Source of the DNA: Anolis carolinensis
Lineage: Eukaryota
Assembly: GCF_035594765.1 (NCBI RefSeq)
Contig: NC_085843.1
Span: 39,509,955-39,573,954 of the forward strand
Direction: 5' to 3'
Length of the DNA: 64,000 nt
Shown: piece after piece, positions 26,361 through 39,348 of the stretch
Numbering within the stretch: the stretch's first letter is position 1
Layout: every line of letters starts with the position of its first letter
The notes under the pieces: model-generated
What the model saw: only the letters and a program-made list of their open reading frames with translations
Databases searched by the model: none
What the model was told of the DNA's origin: nothing
Made by a program: the position numbers and the translations under genes

Positions 26361-28193
26361 ACGATATATTAAGCTCTTGCCTTTCACCACCTTACACAGA
26401 GAAGGGGATGGTTCTTTTTTTTAGATAGGAATTAAGGTGCAATACTTATATTAACCCCTGGATAAGTTAATCCAAGCTTTTTGGGTTCATTTTTTTAGTA
26501 AAAATTTTATGTGAGTATCTAGTATACTCACAAAACTATCTGCCCATAGGTGCTAGTTCTTTTTGCACACACATCCCTTACTGCTACAGAACCACATGTT
26601 CCATGTTTTGTAATCCTCAAAGAGTTTTCTGAGTTCTGATGCCTCCTGACCCTATTTTATTAAGAAACTAGTTAGTTAGAAAACATGCATTACTTGTAAG
26701 AAACACGGCAACAAGATTAAATAAAGATACGTTTAAAAAGTAAGAGGAAAGAAGAAAGTTAACTTTCTTGCAGTAATAACTTATAGTTTCTGGTTATATT
26801 TAGTTTTTCTCCTATTCTTCCAAGCAATGGAGAGGTATCTAGCCACAAAACAAGTCATATAATTAGTTACAGTAGTTTTTAAGGATTGCAGTGACTAATG
26901 GCAACAAGTTATCAAGCACTATAATGAGTAACAGGAATTAAATACTTTAAAAAATATTTCCAAGATCACTATGTGAAGCTCTTTAAACATTCTGGTGTCT
27001 TTCATGTTACAACTGTCACAGAACTAGTGGTAGATCTAAATAAGGATTTTTGTCGGCATGGTTATTAGTACCCAAATTTTGCCCTCTGAGAAAACATATT
27101 GTTAGACACTTCAGGCAGTGAAAAGCTTCTAGCAAAATGAGTGATAAAACAGACCTATTGAAAAACAATAGACAGCCATTGGCAGCTGGACTCTGCTGAT
27201 CCTGCAAGACACATTATGCTACAAGGCAGTGCAGTAGATGGATTTCCACAGCTTTTGCTCCTAAATCTTCTGCCTGATTCTCTGTATTTTGCACAAGTTC
27301 ATCCACTATTAGTTACCTCTGTTTCGCTCTTCCACACCCATGCAATTATTTTTGTAAATGAAGAATCGAACTGGCATTTCAGGCTCCTAGATTCTTTTAT
27401 AGTGGTTCTGCCACTTAGCCATTGTGCATCCTCTGCCTTCACGCGATACTCTCTTTGGCCGTTTGCATCGTGTAAAAAGAAAAAATGAGAAATTTCTCCC
27501 CTTTCAAGACATAAGTTGCTATTACAAATTCAATGGAGATCCTTGAATACAAAAGGTAATGTATTTTCAATATACTGTCACTCCTATTTTTAGGAAACAA
27601 AACATAAAGATTGTGGGAGCTACAAAACCTGTAAGGGTTGTTTGTCACATGCTGTCCATCTGAATGAAATGTTAATTTAACAAATTCATTAACAATTAAT
27701 TAGCCAATGCAAATAAATAAGTAATACAGCTAATTAATACAGCATATGGTAAAATATGATAGCAAGCAGGTTGCGTGCATGCGTTGTCACTAGGGAGATA
27801 TTTTTTCTCAATATAGGTTTTAAAAAATCAGTTTCTTGTGTTAATTAAAGGAACAGTTTTAGAATACATAGGTGTCTCAAGCCTAAGTATCACACTGAGG
27901 TCACTTAGAGATGTGAACACAGAGAAACTCTCTCTGTCTGAACAATTGTTTGGAGAGAGAAAATGTACTCCAGTGCCTTCTCAAAGTATTGGAAGTAGAT
28001 CATCCAGAGAAGGACTGTTTCTCTGGGTTGCCATGTTTACACTACCAATTTGGATTCTATCTGGAGATTCTTTTGCTCCATTCTTCTTGAGACAAGAGCC
28101 CACAACCTAGACTGACTCATTGGCTGCCAGTTTTCACAAGAGACAAGCTCACAAGCAGCAATGTATCGCTACCATTTTTAGCATAGTCTAGGG

Positions 28194-28321
28194 CAGGCCT
28201 GCACAACCTGTTGCCCTCTTGGTGTTTTAGACTTCAGCTTCCGGAATTCCTGACAAGATAGCTAGGACTCCTGGGGGTTAGAGTCCCAAACGCCTGGAGG
28301 GCCACAAGTTGAGCAGAACTG
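28194..28321. mobile_element. Palindromic hAT-Charlie MITE
   Basis: Imperfect TIRs CAGGCCTGCACAAC / GTTGAGCAGAACTG; flanks GTCTAGGG / GTCTAAAG. Confidence 0.7.
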
Positions 28322-29095
28322 GTCTAAAGCAATCCACTAGTATTTTTATCATCTGAAAGGAAAGTGGAGTAGGTACACTATTAGTGGAAGAAAATAAGAC
28401 TATGATGTGTGATATGCCTTATATGTTGACCATAATAGTTGAACAAGAGCTCACTATAAAGTGTTAACCATAGCTTAATTTACCTCATATAAAATAACAC
28501 ACACACATAGCAAGTTGTCTGTGAAATTCACACTCCCTAAGGAAATCAGGGAGTGGGAGTTACTGTAAGAAAGTGTTTTTAAAGGACTTTTTAATTTGAG
28601 AAAAATAATGTGACTTTTATAACAGAGCATTCCAAAAATTCTACCAGAGTTACAACTTTCACTGAAGTGCATTCTGTACAAGTCCAATCAGGAGCCATAA
28701 AACGTATCAGTGGCAGACAGGTCCAAATGACACTTAGAGCCTGAAAAGAAAAGTGGACACTGAAATATCTACAGTATATCAATATAGATACATATATAGT
28801 ATGACCCACACAGCAGTGCTGCTTTAACTAAGAGCTGACCCAATCTATTTTTATTTCTTGAGGCAAAGGTTCACCTATCCCTACATCTAGAGTTCATTAA
28901 CATAACCAATTGGACTACCAATTAATATTCTCCATTACATATCAGAAGAAGTAGTTTGAAGGGCCCAGGACAAATGCAAAAAGATGGTAATGGCTAGTAG
29001 GTTTCTCCTACTAGTGCATTCAGCCTGATTCTGATACCTCTTACCACCTAATGGTAGAACCAATCTTGTTTTAACTATTTTCTCTTAACCTCCTC

Positions 29096-29240
29096 AATCA
29101 TAGAATCAAGAGACCACAAGGGCCATTCAGGCCAACCCCCTGCCATGCAGGAACACAGACTCAAAGGACCCCTGACAGATGGCCATCTAGCCTTTCGTTA
29201 AAAACCTCCAAAGAAGGAGATTCCACCACATTCCAAGGAC
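29096..29240 (-). mobile_element. CR1 3' fragment
   Basis: AATCATAGAATC tail and CR1 3' UTR similar to the 43704 copy. Confidence 0.8.
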
Positions 29241-30616
29241 CTTATCCCATGGACCTTGAGAAGCATTGGGGACTATTTGTTTATTAAAGGGAATTGTTCT
29301 GTTAGATCCTCAGTCATCTTGTTTCATGTTCTGTCCTCCTATTACACATATTTCTCTCTTCAGTTTTTCCCCTGTTGTTGGCTCCGTTATGACCACATGG
29401 AGAATCCTTTTCTCAGCCCTCTCTGTATTACTTTTTTAAATCAGGGAAAACTTCTATATTAAAAGCCAAGATTACTAAGGACCTCATTCCATTTGAGGGA
29501 GAAAGAGGGAAAATTTCAAACCCCTTTGACATGAAAAATCTTTCCCATGTCTTCCTTTCCTCCTTTATACCAGTGTAATTATAAAACATTTTGCCATGAT
29601 CCCCTCTTGTAAGGCTTTGCTTCCCTTTATTATGCCAGTGTATTAATAAACCACATTGCCTAGATTACTGTTAAGGAGAAAATACAGTGGAAGCAACGTG
29701 GTGAGGAATTCCCATTTCTCCACGTTATTGAAACGATTCAACATGGATGAATCTATCAGATCCCATTGCATGTGCTTTTGGCACTTTAGAAATGGAATCC
29801 ATGCATTCTAGGCTCCTGAGACAGCTTCTGATCATCTCTCTCCCCCCCCCCCTTTTTTTGAGATTGTTTTAAATGTTTACATTACGGAGCTTGGGATAGG
29901 CTCTGTCACTTTCTATTCTGTTTAAAAATGGGGAGAGTGGTCATGGGATGAGTTCCCAAGGCAGCATATTTATAACCCCATTGACATGGAAGCCTGTTGG
30001 AGAATGAAGCTCTAAGGCTTCTTTCAAAGCTGGAATTTTGATGTCATGTTTGGGGCTCTAGTGTAATTAATAGACCTTACAAGAATGAGTACAACCAGAA
30101 AGCTTTGTTGTGAGAAATTAACACAAGAGTGAATCCTATGTGGATCTTAAATACTTGTTTCTGTGTTTTTATGGGTTTCTGATTCCACTCTAGTATGTTT
30201 AATTGGGAATATGTCTTTCCAAGATTTTTTTGCATGTTTTTTGGAAAATAATGGGGTTTTTTTGTTTGTTTTTACAATCTGAAACTATATAATTTCAGTG
30301 CTTATTCTCAGGTAATCATGCAGGGCTGTGTATTCATACTGATCCTAACAAATATGCTATGTTTCTGAGTGCATGCTTGTGCATGTCTGTATAGCCATAC
30401 ACACCTTCATAATAAGCTTCTGTGCTACAAAATTCCCCATAACATCATTGATATGGGATATAACCACTCCAAAATCCACCTCATAAGGATATCAGGAGAC
30501 TCCTACTGAATTCAAGAAAGTCTCTTTTTGATCCTAGATTCTGTTTCTATTGATAGTCAACCAGATGCTTTGGAGGGAGTTTGTGAGCAAGGCATAATGG
30601 TAACAACTTTAAGCAG

Positions 30617-31102
30617 TGTGTTGTCGAAGGCTTTCATGGCCGGGATCACAGGGTTGTTATATGTCTTTCGGGCTGTGTGGCCATGTTCCAGAAGTATTCT
30701 CTCCTGACGTTTCGCCCACATCTATGGTAGGCATCCTCAGAGGTTGTGAGGTATGGATAAACTAAGTAAGGAAAGGAAAGAATATATATCTGTGTGGAGT
30801 CCAAGGTGTGGCAAGAGTTCTTTGTCACTTGGAGGCAGCATTAATGTTTCAGTTAATCACCCTAATTAGCATTGGAAATGTTTTGTCCCTTGCCTGGGGG
30901 CATCCTTTGTTTAGTCAAGCCCTCATTGTGTTGGTTCCCATCTACTGTTTTGATTTTGGAGTTTTGTAATACTGGTAGCCAGATTTTGTTCATTTTCATG
31001 GTTTCTTCCTTTCTGTTGAAGTTGTCCACATGCTTGTGGATTTCAATGGCTTCTCTGTGTAGTCTGACATGATAGTTGTTGGAATGGTCCAGCATTTTTG
31101 TG
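30617..31102 (-). mobile_element. 5'-truncated Penelope-like element (GIY-YIG endonuclease C-terminus plus pLTR)
   Basis: ORF 30862-31095 contains RLHREAIEIHKHVDNFNRKEE, the end of the PLE endonuclease; 9-bp TSD TTTAAGCAG at 30608-30616 and 31103-31111. Confidence 0.9.
30703..30743 (-). ncRNA. Minimal hammerhead ribozyme motif in the Penelope pLTR
   Basis: CCT-CTGAGGA-T-GCCTAC..GTGGGC-GAAAC-GTC-AGG, in the same sense as the endonuclease ORF. Confidence 0.7.
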
Positions 31103-33249
31103 TTTAAGCAGGCTTTTAATGTATAAGCAAGGGGGGTATTTTATTTTATTTGGAAGTGTCTTTATTTATTTTTATGTTTGTATTCATATATGTTTTAAAT
31201 TGATTTTAAAATGTTTATACAATGATTTCAGATGTCCTTGAAAATTTTTTTGTAAATGTTTTAACTTATTGTGAGTGAAGATGCTTTAGAACTGAATATG
31301 CTTCTTATTGGGAGTTTTTTTTTTTTTTTGTAGTATTGGTTTATGATTTTCATATTGAGGATGACTTTACAAAAACACATGTCAGTAAATGTTTTCTTTT
31401 ATTGTAAGTCTATTAAATTATAAGTAATTATAGATTGGTGAATTATTTGATAGTTACTAGTAAATTGGAGTCTCATCAGTATACAGTGCTGGTCTGCCTG
31501 GATTATTTTTGCATTAATATTAACCTGTCAGTACCTTGTGTTTTTTCTTACATCCATATTGTGAAGGTGCCTTGGGTCCTATCTGGGGAGAAAGAAGCAG
31601 TGGAAATAAAATAAATTTAGCAAGTAAACTTTCTCTTTCTCTTACCAATGCAGAGCATGAAGTTTCTGAATAAAATAGTACATAGCAAACTTGAGCATTC
31701 AGATTTTTTCTAGCAAACTATCCAATGTTATCAATGTTGGATGAATGCAATTACACACACAGCTACACTCAAATTTTTGAGAAAAAAATCCACAGAAAAC
31801 ATTAGCCCACATTTCAGAGAGAAGGAATCCTGGGAAGCTGCAGTGGGATACAGTATTTCAGTAAAATAAACAGCTTCCTATTCTTTTCTCAAAGCTACAA
31901 TAAAATGGGGTAAATGGATGCAGGACTGACCACTTAAAGAATGCATTGATCAATAGCAGATAGCTATGACATCAGTAACAGTTTGATTTATCTTTTAGGA
32001 ACATTCAGTTCTATGTTATTTGTGGACAGTGCTTTTAGGATGATAGTCTAAGAGGTATTATTCTTCGCAATCTTTTTAAGGCAATGGGATATTGCTGTGT
32101 ATGTGCACCCTAAGCAAATCACAGGGGATTGAGCTTTCCTATCCCACTCACTCTGTAAAGTAAAAAACATTGATCCATATTTAGACAAACATCTACTGCA
32201 TTTTCAGTAAGATTGCTAAGTCTTGAGTTAGATGACCTAATGATACTAGTAGAGTCTACAAGACTACCTTCAGATGTTTGTACAAGCTGTCTGTTCATCT
32301 TATACACCTTTCCCACAGACTGCATCCATTTTGAAAACATTTTAAATGGCATGCATGCTTTCCCCCTCTTGTTATTTTCTATTGCTGTCTAGTTTTGGCA
32401 ATGTCAGCAATCACTAGTGCAAGGAAGAACTTTCTGCAGTAACCCAGGACTTGTTTATCTTTCAGTCCCCCTCCCATTCAATTTTTTTCTTCCCACAACA
32501 AATCTTTACTGGAATGGAGAGTTCTTCAACTATCATAGAAATTGGTTCTCTCATTCCTATATACACAGTAATATACAGCTCTGAATATATTTTCAGACCT
32601 ATATGTTCCTGCAATATACTGCCATCTTATCTTGGCAGCAAATGGAAAATGAGCTTTCCTCATTATTCCCTTGTTCCTCATATGAACTAAATCCGGGCAG
32701 AAATGTCAGATTCTTGCCTCAGTGTTTTTAAAGTAGCGTACTATCACACAGCCCATGAAATAGGCTTTAAAGGGCCTTAGTATTCTCTTTATAATCTACA
32801 GTAGTATATCTCAATCTCTTTGTAAAGGCATAACTGTTTGCTACACAGGTAAATATTATTTAAATAATTATTAAAAGTGTATGGAATCCCAGCATATCCC
32901 CATCATACTCACAGCTTTTGTTTTGCCTCTTCCAATCAGATTTTACCTGTTTATGTATTTATTGTTTATTCCATCTTTCTCTAAATAAAAGACCCAAAGC
33001 AACCTATGGACCCTATAGGAAATAGTAAAGTTTTGCCAAGCTCAGCATCAAGTATGCATAAGCATAAGTATTCTATTAGACTTGTCAGCATAACTTCACT
33101 AAATTTTTAACACTCACCTTTCTTGACAAAAAAATTGCTCTTACTCAACAAATTTCAACAAATTTATCTACATATGTTATTGGCTTCACAAAGAGGCACA
33201 AAACTGTCTTGACAGTCGTGTGGCCAATCAGAGCATAAGGTGGCAACCT

Positions 33250-34295
33250 GTGCTCGACAGGGTCACACTCCCCCTAAGGATGCAGATCTGCAGTCTGGGG
33301 TCCTCCTGGACTCAGCGCTGACACTTGATGCTCAAGTGTTGGTGATGGCTGGGAGGGCTTTTGTACAGTTAAAGCTTGTGCACCAGCTGCGACCATACCT
33401 CGTGAAGTCTTGGCCATGGTGGTCCATGCCTTAGTTACCTCTAGACTGTGTTACTGCAACGCTCTCTACGTGGGGCTGCCCTTGAAGATGGTTCGGAAAC
33501 TACAGAAACTACAAAGATGGGCGGCCAGACTAATAACTGGAGCGAGCTACCAGGAGCAGTCAACCCTCCTGTTCAAACAACTCCACTGGCTACTGATACA
33601 TTTCCAGTCCCAATTCAAGGTGCAGGTTATCACCCATAAAGCCCTAAACGGTCCAGGCCCTGCTTATCTTCGTGATCGCCTCCTCCCTACCAACCCATTT
33701 AAGATCTGCCAGGGAGGCCTTCTCTTGCTTCTGCCTTCATCGCAAGCATGACTGGTGGGACGAGGGAGAGGGCCTTCTCGGTAGTGACCCCTTGGCTCTG
33801 GAACTGTCTCCCCAAGGAGATCAGACTAGCATCTATCCTGTTCACCTTTTGCAAAGACCTAAATACATGGATGTTCCGGTGCTTTTGAGTAAGCAGTCCC
33901 ACCAGATACTCAGCCTGCTTACAACTCATTATCAGTTATTGCTCTTTATCACTGTTCCTTACCCTTTATGGCTTTAGTGTTTACTGAGATTGCTCCTCTG
34001 CCCCTATTTTTGATCACCCCTATACCTCCTAGGAGCCCTATTCAGAGTTCTACACAATTTTACCCTCTGAATGTTCAGTTATTATTATTGTCCTGCTTTT
34101 AATTCTGTTAATGTGTTTTATTGTTTTATGTAGTTATAATGTTTTTAATTGATTGTTCTGCGTTTTAACTTGTGTTGTTGGGCTTGTCTCCATGTGAGCC
34201 ACCTTGAGTCCCTTCAGGGAGATGGAGGCGGGATACAAAAATAAAGTTGTTGTTGTTGTTGTTGTTGTTGTTGTTATTATTATTATTATTATTAT
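33250..34295 (+). mobile_element. L2 LINE 3' portion, frameshifted
   Basis: HALVTSRLCYCNALYVGLP..AARLITG..LHWL motifs; L2 terminal stem-loop; (GTT)n(ATT)n tail. Confidence 0.9.
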
Positions 34296-34598
34296 ATGCT
34301 TTGTGCTTTTTCAGTAAAGAAGTATCTTTATCTTAGTTGGCCCAAGTCAGCTCCTATGTTTTGTACCGGTACATCAATCCAAGGGAGTTCATTATGGAAG
34401 CACTTCATGTTCTCCATTAATGAGCACCTCAGTTGTGTCTGCCATTTTGTCATTCCCCAAATCAATACCCAATCCCAACAGAAAGCATTTTCAAAGCATA
34501 ACTCATTAAGCTTTGGTGTTACTTGGGAGAGGGACCTTGCATGCATAAGGCCATCAAGCACCAATATTGACTCTCCAGAACATTTAAAGTCTATTTAT

Positions 34599-35621
34599 TA
34601 TGGGTGTGCATTTGTTTTGTTAGTTGTCATAAGTTGTATCAAATTTGTTAAATTCATACTTATGATACAATATCCGCACCCAAAACTTAAGAATCAAAAC
34701 TTGCCTAATACTTTTTCATTTGCATTTGGAAACCAAGCAAAATCAGCGCAAGGAAGCAAAACAAAGCCAAAAAGGCTGCCTTTCTTCTTTAAATTAATGT
34801 CCTCTCATCATTAGGAAGTAGCAGGGAGAAAGCAGAATTCACTAGGAAAGAAAGCACAAAATTCTGGGAAATGTAGTTTGGGAAGACAAGGAGCCCTGTG
34901 CCAGAGAATTCAAAAGGTCATGCCCTAAACTACATTTCCTAGAATTCTTCTCAACATTCGAAAGCCTCAATCAGGGTAGGCGAGAGCGATTTTCCCTCCG
35001 TAGGAGCAATCAACCAGAGTTCCAATAAATTGTTGAGTCTGCAAAGAGGAGGAAAGACTGATTCTTCTAGTAAGTATATCTCTGTACTAGGCTCGGAAGA
35101 AATCCCTAAATGGGAGTTTTATTGGTTAATATGAGAGACATTCAATGAGATAGCTGCTGTGGCTTAAAAAAACGTTTTTGTCAAAACTTAAAAAATTCCC
35201 TAAATCAGTAAACATATGAATATTTTTTGTAGGTTGGGGGGAATGATCCCCTGTTATCTTGTGTCATTGTATAGAAAATTCAAAGAGATAGTTCTTGTCA
35301 TTTTCATTTAAAAATGTTGCTTATAACTGAAAATTTCCCAAAAATCCCTGGATAAGTGAAACTTTCTGAAACTTGATGGGCTAACAGTAGTAAATGTGTT
35401 CTACTATTACAGCATGTTTCACCCCAATAGCTGTAAAAATGGAGGACAATGGAGCCCCTGAAGTGTCCCCACTTGCACAATTACTGTAACAAAAAAGTAA
35501 CAAAATTTCATTACTCTTGTTATAGTAACAAAAGTTTTACTAATACTTTAGAAACAAAACGCCAGTGTCCTCTAATTTTTTAATGGCTTTTGAAACATTT
35601 TTTATCCATCGCACATGCCTA
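34599..35621. mobile_element. Degenerate hAT element related to 40758-42518
   Basis: Same right terminus ATCGCACATGCCTA and similar internal blocks; left end uncertain. Confidence 0.6.
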
Positions 35622-36000
35622 CTTCCTATCATAATGACCCCTGTTTATTAGCCCTATCAATCAAGAAAAGACAATTTTTGTCCTGGAAATGACTTTGCCT
35701 TGGTCTTAGAAATGAAGGAGCATGGAAAATCGCAAGCCATATTAAGTTCCATATTATTTGAGCAAATCTAATTGAAATCATAGGTAAGAGCTTACGGATG
35801 CTAAAATAAATGAAAGAGTAATTCATACTGCACGGGTGGTAAATACAAACTTTTAGCTGAGAGATAATGATCATTTTTTCTTGAAAGCAAATGTGATCTG
35901 GTAGTTATATTACAGCTTTGGCCTCATACCCTTTTATCTCTTTTATCTCAGGGACTGGAGGTTCTTTACTATTTTTCAGCTGACCTGTATCTATCTAGAG

Positions 36001-36134
36001 CAGTGGTTTTCAACCTGGGATCCCCAGATGTTTTTGGCCTATAACTCCCAGAAATCCCAACCAGTTTACCAGCTGTTAGGATTTAGGGAGTTGAAGGCCA
36101 GAAACATCTGGGGACCCCAGGTTGAGAACCACTG
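36001..36134. mobile_element. Palindromic hAT-Charlie MITE
   Basis: TIRs CAGTGGTTTTCAACCTGGG / CCCAGGTTGAGAACCACTG; flanks ATCTAGAG / GTCTAGAT. Confidence 0.9.
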
Positions 36135-39100
36135 GTCTAGATGTATATCTTAAATAGACTTATATCTTATATCACTCTCAATCATAGACCTCTGTTGAGG
36201 AATTCTGTATGTGTCAAACAGGCATTTTAGATACCTATAGATATCTTTATACCTATAGGCATCTGAAAACAATGGATTCTTTTATATCTTTTTGAAAACA
36301 GTCATTTTATTACAGTGCAGTATCTAATAGCCTATCTAGCATTATTAGGTAGAACAGTTACCGTAGAAACAGTATAGTGGGCTGTTGTTAGCCACTGCTG
36401 CCACTTACCTTATCTGGTCTGACTTCAGCTTATATAATACCTTAAGGTCTTCATTATCTCCATATCTACCAACCTAGAGTGACTATTAACTGGTTTTCTG
36501 TTGTCATCCAATTAATTACAAGTTTTACTGGTGTTTTGTCCTCATGCAATTAGGACTTCTAATCGTCCGTTTATTCAAGGTTACCTATCATCCAATTGAA
36601 AATGACATTTTACTGGCCATTTATATAAGGCCACTAAAAACTCAATTACAGAAGATCGTAACTGGTCACTATTATTTGTCTACCTTCCAGGAGGTGATTG
36701 CCTCATATATGATTCAGCATGATTAAAGACTATCATACCAAATATATTTTTGGCTTCTTCTCTTTTCTCTATGCCAGCATTCTCAATGTACATCACATAT
36801 TTATTATTTTATTCATCAGCTATTTCAATTATCTTCTTTATTTTAAATAAAGTGGATGAATGTCCAGAACCAAATTTTAAGCCTGTACTTTTTTTTTTTT
36901 GATCCACAGATACTTGACTTTTTACTGTAGAAAGATACTTGTCACCACCTATTTTCATTCTTTCTTCTGGTATGCATGCTTCAAAGCCTTCAATTTTTGC
37001 AAAATATGCACAAAATATAGCTTCCACTCTATAATAGTTAGAAGAAGCACTGTATAAGGTGATTTGATGTTCATAAGCCAGCTCACCGACAAAGCTACAT
37101 GTCAGTTATTTCATCTCAGCCTGATCTCTAGCACAGAATATGTGTGCAGATGATATGTAAAGATGCTGCTCTTTTGCATCTTGAAAACAAGAATACATAT
37201 ATGACGAAGCTGCATGTTTGAGATAGTTATTCTTGTGCCCTTTTCAAGTACAGATGGTGCTATATGTCACCAAGTTAACTGGGTTCTTATATAGAACTAG
37301 AATAATAAAGATTAAATCTGAAAATTTCCTTGCTGCGATGTTTTGGTTTAGAAAAGTATAAATGATGTAAGTCTGACAGCCCCCTGTTTTCCTCCTAAAT
37401 TTAACAAAGTGGCCTTTTGTCACATTAAAATGACACGTCAAGAGCCTTGGAGGGGGGAGAGGGGAGGGGGCAGGCCTCCTTAAGGGAAAACAGGGGGCTG
37501 GGAGGGGAGGATTGCAGTGGGGATTGCTCTTTGGGAACACAGAAGGCAATTCTGAGTCTCAACTCCACAGGGTCCACACCTGCAAAGATTTGGACCTTAT
37601 TGAAAGGTTCGGATCTTTATGGGTGTTTTTTTTAAAACTAAGGATAATCCTGGTAATCTAGGTTTACTCTGGGTTAATCTGGATTATCCTGAGACATTGT
37701 TTGAACATCCAAGGCTAATCTGGAACCCATAGAAGGACCCTGAGAGTCTAGCAGATAGGAGAAGGCCTGAGGCTTTCCAAATGTTTTGAACTATGTTTCC
37801 ATAATCTCTAACTTTTGACCATGCTAGCATGGAGGGAACTGTCTGTCCAAAAATATATGGAGAATCCAGAATCCAAAGCTTGTTGGAGGATAATCTTGGC
37901 ACTTTTGCATACCATTGAAAACAGTGGGTGTATATGTGTGTGTTTGTGTATTCCAAGGTGTATGTTAAAAGGTATGATACATTGTAATGGTTACCTGATG
38001 TTCCTTATGGCTAATGCCACCTGTTTTTAGCTACCTTCAATCAGAATCCATGTCTGGTATGCATGCTGTCATTTGTAAATGTCTATATTAGAAATTTGTT
38101 GTATCTTGATTAACATGTGGTATTGAACTGCCGTTGCCCAGCAGTTCCTCTCAAATCCAGCAGAATATATTTATTAATATTCTCATCACGTAGCTTCAAT
38201 TTTCTCCTCTTTTTTTTCTTTCCTCCTTGGAAATTTCACACCTCGGGCTTCTCTTACTTAGGAGTAGTCTAATAACCATAGTTGCTCAGGTAAAGAGACA
38301 GCAGGTTGGCATGTCTCACAGGGGCCTCGGAGATTAAGCAATAATGCCAGAGCTTTAAAGTAGTTAAAGATATTTGATAACTAATTGGTTGGGAAATCAA
38401 TTTATTTTAATTACACCAGTTAAATAAAGCAGGGAGATAAAAGGACTTTGAATTTCTGTAGTGCTAAACTACTGTCAAGGGGGAATGTGAGTGTGTGAGA
38501 AACCATTATACCACTGCTTTTATATCATCAAGGGCTTTAAAGTTGCTGAGCAGGCTTCTTATGCATGTAGCTATATTTTTATCTCCCTGAAGTCACAGCA
38601 GAATGGATTAGAAATGCATGCAGATTATTTCTGTAGCCTGTTACAAACACTCCAAGTGAGGAGTGGAAAGGCGAGATTACCACAGCTTCATATTTCACCT
38701 TGACCCACTCCCCTACCCCTTGACTTGATTTTTTTATAAAACCAAATAGACTGCAATCCTGTGGTCTCTGGGAGGCATAAGAAATGACAAAAGGTCATCT
38801 CTAGTTGTGAAGAGGAAGATCCAGGGGTGGTGGTGCTGATGAAGACATTTTTGCTACCTGGAGTAAAAATAGCAAAATGGCACACATACCCATGTTGACT
38901 GAATTGGCAATTTAAAACTTTATGTCTGCTATGCAAAATATGCCATTATACCCAAGTGTAATAAGTATTTCTTAATTTTAAACAAAATCTTTTTGAGAAC
39001 TCCCTGGATTTTTCATCTGGCATGACCTGTCATTCCTCAAATATTTTTTTAGAGTTCTGCTTTGTGGGGCCTCCCAGCATTTTCCACCCGGGAATAAGGT

Positions 39101-39215
39101 CTGTCCTCACAAACCTCTTTTTTGCAGCATGAAAGCTGGTATTGCAAGTAATAATTCTGCCAGGGATGTAGCTATGGAAGTGTGGAGAAAATGATGGCAT
39201 TGTCTCCCTCTACAG

Positions 39216-39348
39216 CAGTGGTTCTCAACCTGTGGGTCTCCAGGTTTTGGCCTACAACTCCCAGAAATTCCTGCCACTTTACCAGCTGTCAGGATTTCTG
39301 GGAGTTGAAAGCCAAAACATCTAGGGACCCACAGGTTGAGAACTGCTG
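39216..39348. mobile_element. Palindromic hAT-Charlie MITE
   Basis: TIRs CAGTGGTTCTCAACCTGTGGGT / ACCCACAGGTTGAGAACTGCTG; TSD CTCTACAG / CTCTATAG. Confidence 0.9.

Noticed and set aside
33410-33751. RT-like ORFs here and at 15523 and 43796 as functional genes
   Set aside because: Truncated L2 or CR1 remnants
34296-34814. 172-aa ORF as a host gene
   Set aside because: Starts at an L2 microsatellite tail, runs into a hAT remnant, and has no protein-like signature
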